From a virus (lineage: Duplodnaviria > Caudoviricetes): DNA of 64,000 bases. Within the stretch, counting starts at the first letter, position 1. Each line of letters begins with the position of its first letter. Positions 8,176 to 17,235 of this stretch are shown piece after piece. The translations under genes and the position numbers were made by a program. The stretch is from IMG/VR virus record IMGVR_UViG_3300024346_000005, one strand, 5' to 3'. Below the pieces are notes generated by a model, which searched no databases, was not told where the DNA came from, and saw only the letters and a program-made list of their open reading frames with translations.

Positions 8176-9901
8176 TCTATCATCTCCAATTGGACCCACT
8201 ATAGATGTTGTGGCAAGAACAGTTTCTCGTTCTGTCATAAGTGGTGGTGCCGGTGGAGGTGGTGGTATTCCTGGTGGAGGTGGAGGAAGAGGTGGTGCTC
8301 TTGCCGTGCAACCTCAGGCAAGTTTAGTTAATGTTGAAAGAAATTTGGAGGTTCAAACTGTCCAAAATGTTCAACAAACTCAAGAGATTTCTGCTCTTAG
8401 AGGTACAGTAGATGCCTTACGAGCAGAAACCACAACTCTAAATAATGGTCTTGGAAATGTTTCTAATCTAATACAGCAAGATAGTGCCGTAGAGAAGCAA
8501 CAGGCATCGGCAGAAGCAGAAAGTGAAAGAAAACTTGCCGAAACAAATATTAGACTGGGGAAAGAATCTCAACTAGAACAAAAAATTACAAATGCTCTGG
8601 CAAAACCTGTTCAGGCTCTGCAGCAGAAAGTTGGTAATATATTTGGAAGAATAGGAGAGGCTCTAACTGCATTATTTGCCGGATGGTTGACTAATCAAGG
8701 AATAGAAGCACTTAAGGCAGCATCAGAAGGAAATAAAAACAAATTAGAAGAAATTAAAGATAATGTTCTTAAACATATTGGATTTGGCGTAGCTGCTATT
8801 GGTGCAATCAAAATAGGATTTGATTTGGTAATCAAAACTATTACTGGTATTACTGGAAAAATAGGTTCAATTTTACTTAAACTTGCCAAAGCTCCTCTAA
8901 AACTTTTAAGAAGTGCTCTTCAAGCTGCTCCATTAGTGGGAGGTCTTTTTGGTGGTCCAAAACCTGGTGGTCCAAAACCTCCTGCTGGACCTGGTGTAAA
9001 ACCTCCAGCATCAGGAAATCCAATTGCAAGAGGTGTGGGTGCAGTTGCCAATTTTGCTGGAAAAGCACTTACTGCTGTTGGTGGTGTTATGGATGCTGCA
9101 TCCGGGCAATATACAGACTCTGCTCTTGCCGCTGGTGCTTTACTTGCTCCCGGAGCACTCAAAATTCCTTTTGGTCTTGCATATGGTCTAGATTCAATTA
9201 GAGAAATGTTTGGTGGTAATATTTTTGGTAAAAATCCAAATGAACCAGAAAAACCACCAACAACACCAGCGGCAAAAGTCTTACCAACAACTCCTAAGGC
9301 AGGAAATCCAAAACCAGCACCAAAACCAGAAACACCACCACCAACAATAGTAGGACCAATAGAAGAACCAGCGGCAGCACCGGCAGCAGTGCAACCACAA
9401 AACTCTATGTTGTCTCAACCAATATCAGAGGCAGCACCAATATCTCAACCACAAACACCGGCAATTCCTCCACCAAGTCCCGAAATGGTGAAAAACTTTG
9501 AGATGGCTTGGAAATATAAAGATAACTCTATGGCAAGAGGAAGAATTGAGTCTGCCTGGAATAATATGACTTATGAACAGCAACAGCAGGCAAAGGAATG
9601 GGCAAAATCAACAGACAAGGATTGGACTGAAATGAAGTTGGTCGAAAAACCACCTACAGTCCAAGCAGTACCACTACCATCAGCACAGGTTCAACCACTT
9701 CCTAAACCCACTCAAAATGTAGGAGAACTTACTGAACCGGCACCGAATGTGGTAATGATGTCATCGGGTCAAAGTAACAATCAACAATCTTCTATTTCAC
9801 AGGCACCAACGAATGGAACCGATACTCCTTTGATTAGTTCTTCTAATCCTGATAATTTTTATGTTCTTTACTCTCAACTGAATTATAATGTGGTGATATA
9901 A
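8168..9901 (+). CDS. Tail/baseplate structural protein, tape-measure(gp29)-like with Pro-rich linker
   Basis: Coiled-coil and Ala/Gly-rich helical composition; position after gp26/gp51. Confidence 0.55.
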   Translation: MASLSSPIGPTIDVVARTVSRSVISGGAGGGGGIPGGGGGRGGALAVQPQASLVNVERNLEVQTVQNVQQTQEISALRGTVDALRAETTTLNNGLGNVSNLIQQDSAVEKQQASAEAESERKLAETNIRLGKESQLEQKITNALAKPVQALQQKVGNIFGRIGEALTALFAGWLTNQGIEALKAASEGNKNKLEEIKDNVLKHIGFGVAAIGAIKIGFDLVIKTITGITGKIGSILLKLAKAPLKLLRSALQAAPLVGGLFGGPKPGGPKPPAGPGVKPPASGNPIARGVGAVANFAGKALTAVGGVMDAASGQYTDSALAAGALLAPGALKIPFGLAYGLDSIREMFGGNIFGKNPNEPEKPPTTPAAKVLPTTPKAGNPKPAPKPETPPPTIVGPIEEPAAAPAAVQPQNSMLSQPISEAAPISQPQTPAIPPPSPEMVKNFEMAWKYKDNSMARGRIESAWNNMTYEQQQQAKEWAKSTDKDWTEMKLVEKPPTVQAVPLPSAQVQPLPKPTQNVGELTEPAPNVVMMSSGQSNNQQSSISQAPTNGTDTPLISSSNPDNFYVLYSQLNYNVVI

Positions 9902-9902
9902 T

Positions 9903-11864
9903 ATGGCAATCTCATCACCACTTCAATCAAAAGTTCCAACAGGTTCAACAAAAACGATTAGAAAGTTACAGACTATTCTACTCAATAGAACAAAAGTTAA
10001 ACGAGAAATATTTCAAAGGCAAACAATCTTACAAAATCGTAGAATAGAAAATGAAAGAAGAAAACAGAGAGAGGATGAACTTGAGGCACCAAATCTTGTA
10101 ACAAAACCTCGTGGAGCAGCAGGATTAATTGCAGGTAGTGCCAAAGGATTTTTTGAAAGATTGGTGGGATTCCTTAGTTATTTGACCGCAGGATGGATAA
10201 TTAATAATCTACCCACTTGGATTTCGATGGGTAAAGAGTTTATTGCCAGAACTCAACAAATGGGTAAGATACTTGGAAACTTTGTTGGTAATGTTACGAC
10301 CGTATTTACTAAGTTTACAACACTTTTGGGTGCATCTTTACAAAATTTAATGACATTTGATTTTTCTGATACTTCTGGAAGAGTTAAAACTGCTTTTGAT
10401 GACCTAAATTTAAGTGTGGAAAATTGGGGTACTGACTTTGAGAATGCAATCAAATTAATAACAACTCCATTAAGTGAGGGTATTGCTTCTGGAGAGGATG
10501 CCAGACCACTCGGAACTGAAAATACTAATGAGGGTGCCTATGAACGAACTGCACCTTATAGTGGTAGTCAAGGTCCAGAAACATCTGGTGGAAGGGTTAG
10601 TTCGCAAGCAGTATATTCTTATCTTAAAAGTTTAGGAGTTTCTGAAATACACGCTTTAGGTATATTGGCAAATATTCAAGGAGAGAGTGGTTTTCAAATT
10701 GGAGCTCAAGAAAAAGGTGATAGTAAGCAAGGAGTTGGTTTATTTCAATATACATTTCCTAGCCGAAAACAAGCATTTTTAAAAGCAGTTCCTGATTATA
10801 AAACTAACTGGAAAGGGCAGATTGATTTTGCAATAAAGAGTGACCCGAATACTCCGTTATATTTAAGAAAACAGTTTAGTTCTCCGGAACAAGCAGCAGA
10901 TGATTTTATGATACAGTGGGAGAATCCGGATCCAAGAGTTTATGCTGATAGGAGAAAAACACATAATGCTTTTATTAAATCATTCAAACCTGGAAGTTCT
11001 CAATCACAAGCATCTCAACAATCATCTGCACCATCAAGACCAGTATCAACAGGAACTACATCATTAATACCACAAACTGGTGCTGGTGGTTTTCTTCAAG
11101 GTGCTTCTGGAGATGGTAAAGAAGATCAGGGACGTTATGGCGTTCATTTCCATTTAAGCCCACCAAATATGACTGAAGATGGTTATAAAAAAGCTAGGGA
11201 TGTTGCTTTTGCTGCTGTTAAAGCAATGTTGGCTAGAGGTTCTAGGATTCATTTTGGCAATATCAAAGAAGATCTTCTTGCTGGCGCTTCAGATTCTCAA
11301 ATAAAATCAATGATTCTACGTGAGCAAAAAGCTCACAGTAAAAAAGGAAGAACTCAGGGTGGAATAGATCTTCAAGAAATAAATCCAAATGTTGGACCAA
11401 CTATTGCTGGTTTGCCTGGATCTAAAATTGCTTTTCCTCTTGCAGTAGGAAAAGTATCGTCTCTATCTAGTGGAAGTGGATATGGTAGAGAAGCTGAAGT
11501 TCTTGGTAGTGGCGGCGTAACGCTAGCTCACGGAGCAGCGGGATCTACTGCAAGTAATGTTTCGGGAGCATCACCACGGGCACAACTAGCATCTCAATCA
11601 GCAACACCACAAGCAAAACCCCCAACACCAGCACAAATAACACCAACCGGTACTCCACAAAATCCACAAATAAGTCAATCACTAGCACAAGAGAGAACCG
11701 GACCAACCGTGATTGTTTCTCAAAATCCTTCATCACCGGCACAACAAATGATGTCTTCTGGTGGTGGAGGTTCTTCTGGTGGAGGGTCTTCACCAATAAG
11801 TGATTTTGCCTTGTTAAATAATTTTATAAAAAATAAACTTCTACTCGACCTCGCTTACCTATAA
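9903..11864 (+). CDS. Tail structural protein with tail-lysozyme-like and M23-like domains
   Basis: GILANIQGESGF...GVGLFQYT...W; later H...GGIDL...GYG...TLAHG. Confidence 0.7.
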   Translation: MAISSPLQSKVPTGSTKTIRKLQTILLNRTKVKREIFQRQTILQNRRIENERRKQREDELEAPNLVTKPRGAAGLIAGSAKGFFERLVGFLSYLTAGWIINNLPTWISMGKEFIARTQQMGKILGNFVGNVTTVFTKFTTLLGASLQNLMTFDFSDTSGRVKTAFDDLNLSVENWGTDFENAIKLITTPLSEGIASGEDARPLGTENTNEGAYERTAPYSGSQGPETSGGRVSSQAVYSYLKSLGVSEIHALGILANIQGESGFQIGAQEKGDSKQGVGLFQYTFPSRKQAFLKAVPDYKTNWKGQIDFAIKSDPNTPLYLRKQFSSPEQAADDFMIQWENPDPRVYADRRKTHNAFIKSFKPGSSQSQASQQSSAPSRPVSTGTTSLIPQTGAGGFLQGASGDGKEDQGRYGVHFHLSPPNMTEDGYKKARDVAFAAVKAMLARGSRIHFGNIKEDLLAGASDSQIKSMILREQKAHSKKGRTQGGIDLQEINPNVGPTIAGLPGSKIAFPLAVGKVSSLSSGSGYGREAEVLGSGGVTLAHGAAGSTASNVSGASPRAQLASQSATPQAKPPTPAQITPTGTPQNPQISQSLAQERTGPTVIVSQNPSSPAQQMMSSGGGGSSGGGSSPISDFALLNNFIKNKLLLDLAYL

Positions 11865-13207
11865 TGTCAATTAGTAAATCCATATATGAAGAATTAGTTC
11901 TTGAATCAAACGACCAGAAAAGGACGGTTGATATTAAAAATGGAACAATCGCACTCGAATATTTTGAGGATATTTTCTCCCCAACAATTACTGCCAGAGT
12001 CAAGGTGGTTAATACTGGAAATACCATTACATCTTTTAAGGACCAAGACGGAGAAAAGCAATCAATTTATAATGGTCTTCCTCTTCGTGGTGGTGAAAGG
12101 CTCTCAATGAAAATTGCCGGAAATGTTCCGGGAAGAGAATCTTTGGACTTCTCAAATAATCCAAAAAAATATCTTTATGTTTCTAGTATTACCGATGTAA
12201 TCTCAGAAGCACAGCAAGAAAGTTTCACTCTAAATCTAGTTTCAAGAGAGGCAATCACGAATGAAACTTCACGAGTATCAAGAAAATATTCAACATCATC
12301 AAAGATTAGTGAGTCGGTTCGTAAAATATTAACAGATGTTCTAAAAACTGATAGTATCGGAACAATTGATGAGACTTCCAATAAGTATGGATTTATTGGA
12401 AATATGAGAAAACCTTTCACAACATTAATTTGGTTGGCATCTAAAGGTGTTCCAGTAGTTTCTGGAAATGCAACTGCCGGATTTGTATTTTATCAAACTC
12501 AGGATGGATTTCAGTTTCGTGCAATTGATAATTTAATCTCTCAAAAATCAAAGGCAACATATGTTTATAGTCCAACGACAGTTTCTTATAATGATAATAA
12601 TGAAAAAGTTGATAATGAATTTAAGATTCTGAATTATAGTACACAGAAAAATCAAAATTTAATTGAGAAACTTCGTCTTGGTACTTATGCAAGTCAAAGA
12701 ACATTTTTCAATCCTTTAGATTTTACATTTACTGATCCTAAAGAAGGACTGTTTAAATTACAAAATTATTCCAATAAAACTAATAACCTTGGTGGGACAG
12801 ATTTACAACTTCCTAAAATATCTGAGGGATCTGATTTATCTCTCGGAGATGCCCCTTCAAGAATTATTACTGCCATTCTGGATATTGGAACCGTAGAAAA
12901 AGAAGTATCAAAATCTGAAAACGCAGATCCATCATTATATCAATCTCAATCTTTAATGAGATACAATATTCTTTTTACACAAGCTTTGAGTGTAATGATT
13001 CCCGTAAATACTGATTTAAGAGCGGGTGATGTCATCGAGTGCCTATTTCCAAATAATAGTAAATCGGATAAAAGCGAACACGATTCCGAAACAAGTGGTC
13101 TATATATGATTAAGGAACTTTGCCACCATTTTGATGTGAATAATTCCTATACTTCGATGAAATTGCTGAGAGATACTTTTGGAGTCAATAACAAAGAAAG
13201 AAAATGA
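11864..13207 (+). CDS. Baseplate hub protein (gp27-like)
   Basis: YFEDIFSPTIT...LPLRGGE, FYQTQDGFQF, L.AGDVI, SGLYMIKELCHHF; precedes gp5. Confidence 0.7.
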   Translation: MSISKSIYEELVLESNDQKRTVDIKNGTIALEYFEDIFSPTITARVKVVNTGNTITSFKDQDGEKQSIYNGLPLRGGERLSMKIAGNVPGRESLDFSNNPKKYLYVSSITDVISEAQQESFTLNLVSREAITNETSRVSRKYSTSSKISESVRKILTDVLKTDSIGTIDETSNKYGFIGNMRKPFTTLIWLASKGVPVVSGNATAGFVFYQTQDGFQFRAIDNLISQKSKATYVYSPTTVSYNDNNEKVDNEFKILNYSTQKNQNLIEKLRLGTYASQRTFFNPLDFTFTDPKEGLFKLQNYSNKTNNLGGTDLQLPKISEGSDLSLGDAPSRIITAILDIGTVEKEVSKSENADPSLYQSQSLMRYNILFTQALSVMIPVNTDLRAGDVIECLFPNNSKSDKSEHDSETSGLYMIKELCHHFDVNNSYTSMKLLRDTFGVNNKERK

Positions 13208-15291
13208 TAGACGAATCTTTACTCAAAAGTAATTTTATAGGAAGAGATGGATTCCGTTGGTGGATAGGTCAGATTCCACCGGAGAGTTCTCATGGTGGGC
13301 AAATAAATGGAGCAGGATGGGGAAATAGATTTAAAGTTCGTATTATGGGGTATCATCCTTATAATACGGTAGAACTTCCGAATGAAGATTTACCATGGGC
13401 ACAGTGCTTATTACCAACAACTTCAGGAACTGGAGCAGGAAATAATGCAACTACGGTAAAAGTATCTCCAGGAGATACTGTATTTGGATTCTTCCTAGAT
13501 GGAGATAATGCTCAGATTCCAGTTATTATGGGATGTTTTGGAAGAACTTCACAAGTTCCTTCCGGAGATTATGCCGGACCTTTTATACCTTTTACTGGAT
13601 ATACTGGTAAGGTTAAAAAACCAAATGGTACACTGAAACCTGACCAATCACTTGAACAAAATGCAAAATCTCAAAAGTCTCCAAGAAGTGTTTCACCACA
13701 ACAAGCAGAAGCAATTGCAGATGATGAGATTTCTTCCTTTAGTGCAATTGGTGATAAAATTCTACTTGGAAATACGGTAAATAATACTATTATTGGTAAA
13801 ATATCTACTGAGGTTGGTAATTTACTGAATAAGATTAAGGCACCGGCAATCTTTACAAATATTGCAAATGAAATTACTCGTGTAACCGATAAGATACAGG
13901 CAATTACAAATGGTCTTGTTGGTAATATGGTTAATGGTTTATACAAAGGTATGATACCAATATTGAATAGTGGTCTTCAATTACTTTATAATTCAGTTTA
14001 TAGTATAGTTCTGGCAGCAACTCAAAATCCTGCTGCTGCTCATCTTGCTGGTGTTGCCGCACAAACTGCGATGGTTAATCCAATTAAGGCAGTAGAACAG
14101 GCAATTCCTTGTGTTGCCGGTGCAATCATAAGTGGTCTTGGAAGTCTCATAGAAGAGATACTTAATTCTGTAGTTGATAATGTTCAAAATTTTGTGTCTT
14201 GTGCCGCAAATCAATTTACTGGAGTACTCGTTAATGATATTATTGGTAAAATATCAAGCGGATTGAGTGCCTCACTTGGAGGAATCCAGACAATTTTAGA
14301 ATTTACTCCATCATTTAGTGTTGATGGATTTTTGCGTAATAGTGTAGATTCAATCAAAGGTCTTGTTGGACTATTTGATTGTAATCAGAGTAAAGGAAAA
14401 TCTAATGGTATTGTTGATGAATGGATAATTGGTTGCGGACCGACAAATGCACCTACACCTAATTTTGATGAAATTTTAGAAAATGCAAATGTTACTAATG
14501 CAATAGCAACTGCTGGTGATGTATTAGGTGGAATACAAGGTGCTATTGGAGCAGTTACTGATATTGTTGGTGGAGTTGCGGGTGCATTTAGTGCAATAAA
14601 CAACATTCCAAATCAAATTGGTGGTTGTTATACCGGACCACCACTATTTTGTAGTGCTCCTGTGGTGACTATTTTTGGTGGAGGTGGAACAGGAGCAACT
14701 GCAATACCATTAATTGGGGCAATTTCTGGTTCAACCGGAAGTGTTATTGGTGCAAAAGTAACAAATGGAGGTTCTGGATATAGATTCCCACCATTCGTGG
14801 AGATTAGAGATAATTGTAATCAAGGATATGGTGTCGTTGCCAGAGCAACTATTAATGATGCCGGAGAAGTTGATTCGGTTTATATTGTATCCGAAGGAGA
14901 AAATTATCCAACGGGAGATTTATATGATAATTCAGTATCTACAACTGCAAACACAGTAATTAATAATTCAACCGAAAATCAGACACAATCATTAATTGCC
15001 AGAAATTATAGTGTGAATAAGATTCTTATTCAAAATCCAGGTCAAAATTATATTGGGGGAGTCGGTGGAGACACGGCAACAGATCAATTTGATAATGAAT
15101 ATTCTATTGAAATATTTGAGGGATCTATTACTAAGATACAACCAATAAATACTATAGTTATTGTGAACGATCTTCCAATAATTACCATTAAATCTGATAC
15201 TGGTTCTGGTGCTATATTACGACCCATACTAGATACACCGCCAGCAGAGTTCCAAGGTGAAGTAAAACAAGTAATAGATTGTGTAACATAA
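13204..15291 (+). CDS. gp5: Baseplate hub/needle gp5, N-terminal OB-fold part
   Basis: FRWWIG...RFKVRIMGYH...LPWA...GDTVFGFFLDG...PVIMG. Confidence 0.85.
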   Translation: MIDESLLKSNFIGRDGFRWWIGQIPPESSHGGQINGAGWGNRFKVRIMGYHPYNTVELPNEDLPWAQCLLPTTSGTGAGNNATTVKVSPGDTVFGFFLDGDNAQIPVIMGCFGRTSQVPSGDYAGPFIPFTGYTGKVKKPNGTLKPDQSLEQNAKSQKSPRSVSPQQAEAIADDEISSFSAIGDKILLGNTVNNTIIGKISTEVGNLLNKIKAPAIFTNIANEITRVTDKIQAITNGLVGNMVNGLYKGMIPILNSGLQLLYNSVYSIVLAATQNPAAAHLAGVAAQTAMVNPIKAVEQAIPCVAGAIISGLGSLIEEILNSVVDNVQNFVSCAANQFTGVLVNDIIGKISSGLSASLGGIQTILEFTPSFSVDGFLRNSVDSIKGLVGLFDCNQSKGKSNGIVDEWIIGCGPTNAPTPNFDEILENANVTNAIATAGDVLGGIQGAIGAVTDIVGGVAGAFSAINNIPNQIGGCYTGPPLFCSAPVVTIFGGGGTGATAIPLIGAISGSTGSVIGAKVTNGGSGYRFPPFVEIRDNCNQGYGVVARATINDAGEVDSVYIVSEGENYPTGDLYDNSVSTTANTVINNSTENQTQSLIARNYSVNKILIQNPGQNYIGGVGGDTATDQFDNEYSIEIFEGSITKIQPINTIVIVNDLPIITIKSDTGSGAILRPILDTPPAEFQGEVKQVIDCVT

Positions 15292-15292
15292 A

Positions 15293-15919
15293 ATGGCAGA
15301 AAGACCTTTTGATAAACAAAACTGGCAGGGAAGAAGTCTAACAAGCTTTGGACCGAAGTTCAGAATAGATATGAATAACCCTCAAATGGGTTGTAATGGT
15401 ACTGAAGTTTATAATCTTTATGCCGTAACTAATAATAATGATGTCTGTCTTACTGGATTGACTGAAGGTGGAAATTACAGACTATATAATGACCGATCAA
15501 TAGAAATTATTGCCGGGCAAAAAAGTGAGTCAAATGGTGTAGATATTATTATTAGTGGGAGAAATGGTGATGTTTGTATAACTGCAGAAAAAAATGGAAG
15601 AGTAAGAATTCGTGCTCAAAATATTATGATTGATGCAGATGAAGATGTAGATATTAAAGCAGGAAGAAATATTACATTAGATTCTGGTTCGGGAAGAATC
15701 TTACTCAAAGCAAATAAGGCAGACTGTGATGCACTAACCGGAAATCTGGCACCAAAAAATACCAATTGGGGTGCTCAAGTCTTTGCCGGAACATTTGTTG
15801 GTTCTGATGTTCTTGATGCAGCATTTAATATTGCTGATGTCTTCGTTGAAAGTGGTGAGATCGGAGGCATCGGTGGCAGTGGCATCATTGGTAATATAAC
15901 TTCAATTGTGGGTTTATGA
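15293..15919 (+). CDS. gp5 C-terminal beta-helix-like needle protein
   Basis: Periodic I.I.A/G strands (NIMIDADEDVDIKAGRNITL) directly after gp5. Confidence 0.6.
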   Translation: MAERPFDKQNWQGRSLTSFGPKFRIDMNNPQMGCNGTEVYNLYAVTNNNDVCLTGLTEGGNYRLYNDRSIEIIAGQKSESNGVDIIISGRNGDVCITAEKNGRVRIRAQNIMIDADEDVDIKAGRNITLDSGSGRILLKANKADCDALTGNLAPKNTNWGAQVFAGTFVGSDVLDAAFNIADVFVESGEIGGIGGSGIIGNITSIVGL

Positions 15920-16127
15920 AATGACAAATATTAATTTACGGGCAGGTCGGATGGTGGAACGGCAAGTATTATACAAGGGTATGATTTTATAACTGACCTC
16001 AATCAAATGTGGTTGGAAGATGGTGTTGATGGCGACTACAATGACCTTCGATGGATTCCAAGTCAGGGTGAAATATTTGATAATGGTGGTGGTAATTTTA
16101 CTTATATATTATACTATTGACAACCCC

Positions 16128-16156
16128 TTGACAACCCGCCCCAGATGCCCTATAAT
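16128..16156 (+). promoter_or_regulatory. Consensus sigma70 promoter
   Basis: TTGACA-17 nt-TATAAT. Confidence 0.9.
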
Positions 16157-16182
16157 ACATAGGTAATCAAACGAAACGCCTG

Positions 16183-16368
16183 ATGCCTGTCGAAGAGACC
16201 CTGACCCGCTGTGTTGTCGATACTCTTGCTCGTAAGTTCTATCTGTATTCAAGCGAAGGTGGTGAAAAAGTTGTGAATTGTGAGACCGTAGACCAGTTTA
16301 TGAATGTTCTTGAAGTGGTTCGTGCTCAGGTAAGTGATGATTGTCTTGCATACTCAAATCCTCTTTGA
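16183..16368 (+). CDS. Hypothetical protein
   Basis: ORF behind consensus promoter. Confidence 0.7.
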   Translation: MPVEETLTRCVVDTLARKFYLYSSEGGEKVVNCETVDQFMNVLEVVRAQVSDDCLAYSNPL

Positions 16369-16371
16369 TAA

Positions 16372-16554
16372 ATGGAAAAGTTTACGGTAGAAGAATTTCA
16401 ATCAGACTTTGATAATCTACTAGAAAGAGTGGAAAATGGAGAGTCTTTTATTGTTACTAGCGAACACGGAGATGCTATGATGATTCCTTATAGTCAATAC
16501 AAAGAAGCAGACGACCTCATACGAATACACACCGACCACGAAGAAGGTTGTTGA
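16372..16554 (+). CDS. Phd/YefM-like small protein
   Basis: FTVEEFQSDFDNLLERVENGESFIVT resembles Phd/YefM N-terminus. Confidence 0.6.
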   Translation: MEKFTVEEFQSDFDNLLERVENGESFIVTSEHGDAMMIPYSQYKEADDLIRIHTDHEEGC

Positions 16555-16602
16555 GTCAAGGCAACTTATAGGTCTTATATGTTGCTTCAAGGCAACTTTT
16601 AT

Positions 16603-16675
16603 GGGCGGATAATTTAATTGGTCAAAATGCTCTGCTTATAACGGAGTTATGAGGGATCATGGCCCTCTCTGCCTA
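16603..16675 (+). tRNA. tRNA-Ile(UAU)
   Basis: Acceptor GGGCGGA/TCTGCCT, anticodon stem CTCTG/CGGAG, loop CTTATAA, T-stem GAGGG/CCCTC; no encoded CCA. Confidence 0.8.
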
Positions 16676-16704
16676 TTGACCATAATGACTCTTTGAGTTA
16701 TAAT
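16676..16704 (+). promoter_or_regulatory. sigma70 promoter for tRNA-Leu
   Basis: TTGACC-17 nt-TATAAT. Confidence 0.8.
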
Positions 16705-16718
16705 GGTCTCATACACAA

Positions 16719-16800
16719 GCCCCCTTGGCGTAATTGGTAGCCGCTACGGATTTAAAATCCGTTGACTTTAGTCGTGCCGGATCGTACCCGGCAGGGGGTA
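16719..16800 (+). tRNA. tRNA-Leu(UAA)
   Basis: Acceptor GCCCCCT/AGGGGGT, anticodon stem ACGGA/TCCGT, loop TTTAAAA, long variable arm, T-stem GCCGG/CCGGC. Confidence 0.9.
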
Positions 16801-16832
16801 TTGAAATAAATATAAGATATTGAGATACTCAA

Positions 16833-17141
16833 ATGTCTTTCAAGTATAAAATAAGTCAGTCATACTGTTGGTATAATAACGGAAGTATGATTGTGAAAAT
16901 GTACTTCATCAACGAGATTCCATTTACCTTCGATGAATTACCTGACGGGCACTTATACGACCAAGACCTCTGTAGAACGGCAGATAAGTATCGTGCATAT
17001 GAACCAGATGATTTATTTAAGAACTCATTCTATCTTATAGACGAGGAAGCACACCCATTACTTTTTGATATGGACCTAGAAAACCCCCAAGACCTTCCAG
17101 ATGAAGGTTATGAGTTTTTGCGGCAGGACTTATCTTCATAA
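16833..17141 (+). CDS. Hypothetical protein
   Basis: ORF behind ATAAATA late promoter. Confidence 0.7.
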   Translation: MSFKYKISQSYCWYNNGSMIVKMYFINEIPFTFDELPDGHLYDQDLCRTADKYRAYEPDDLFKNSFYLIDEEAHPLLFDMDLENPQDLPDEGYEFLRQDLSS

Positions 17142-17235
17142 ATAATGGTGCTTATTCGTGGTTGTTTAGGCAAAGATTAAGGGGCAGAAATGCTCCTTTT
17201 CTTGTATAAATAAGTATAACCACGAATAAAGTAGA
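17138..17235 (+). ncRNA. Putative antisense small-RNA module controlling the downstream endonuclease (copy 1)
   Basis: ATAAATA, antisense arm 17149-17165, terminator 17181-17200, TATAAATA 17205-17212, target leader to 17233. Confidence 0.65.

Noticed and set aside
16561-16585. Hairpin GCAACTTATA/TATATGTTGC before tRNA-Ile as a separate ncRNA
   Set aside because: It is AT-rich, single-copy and more simply a processing or termination signal.
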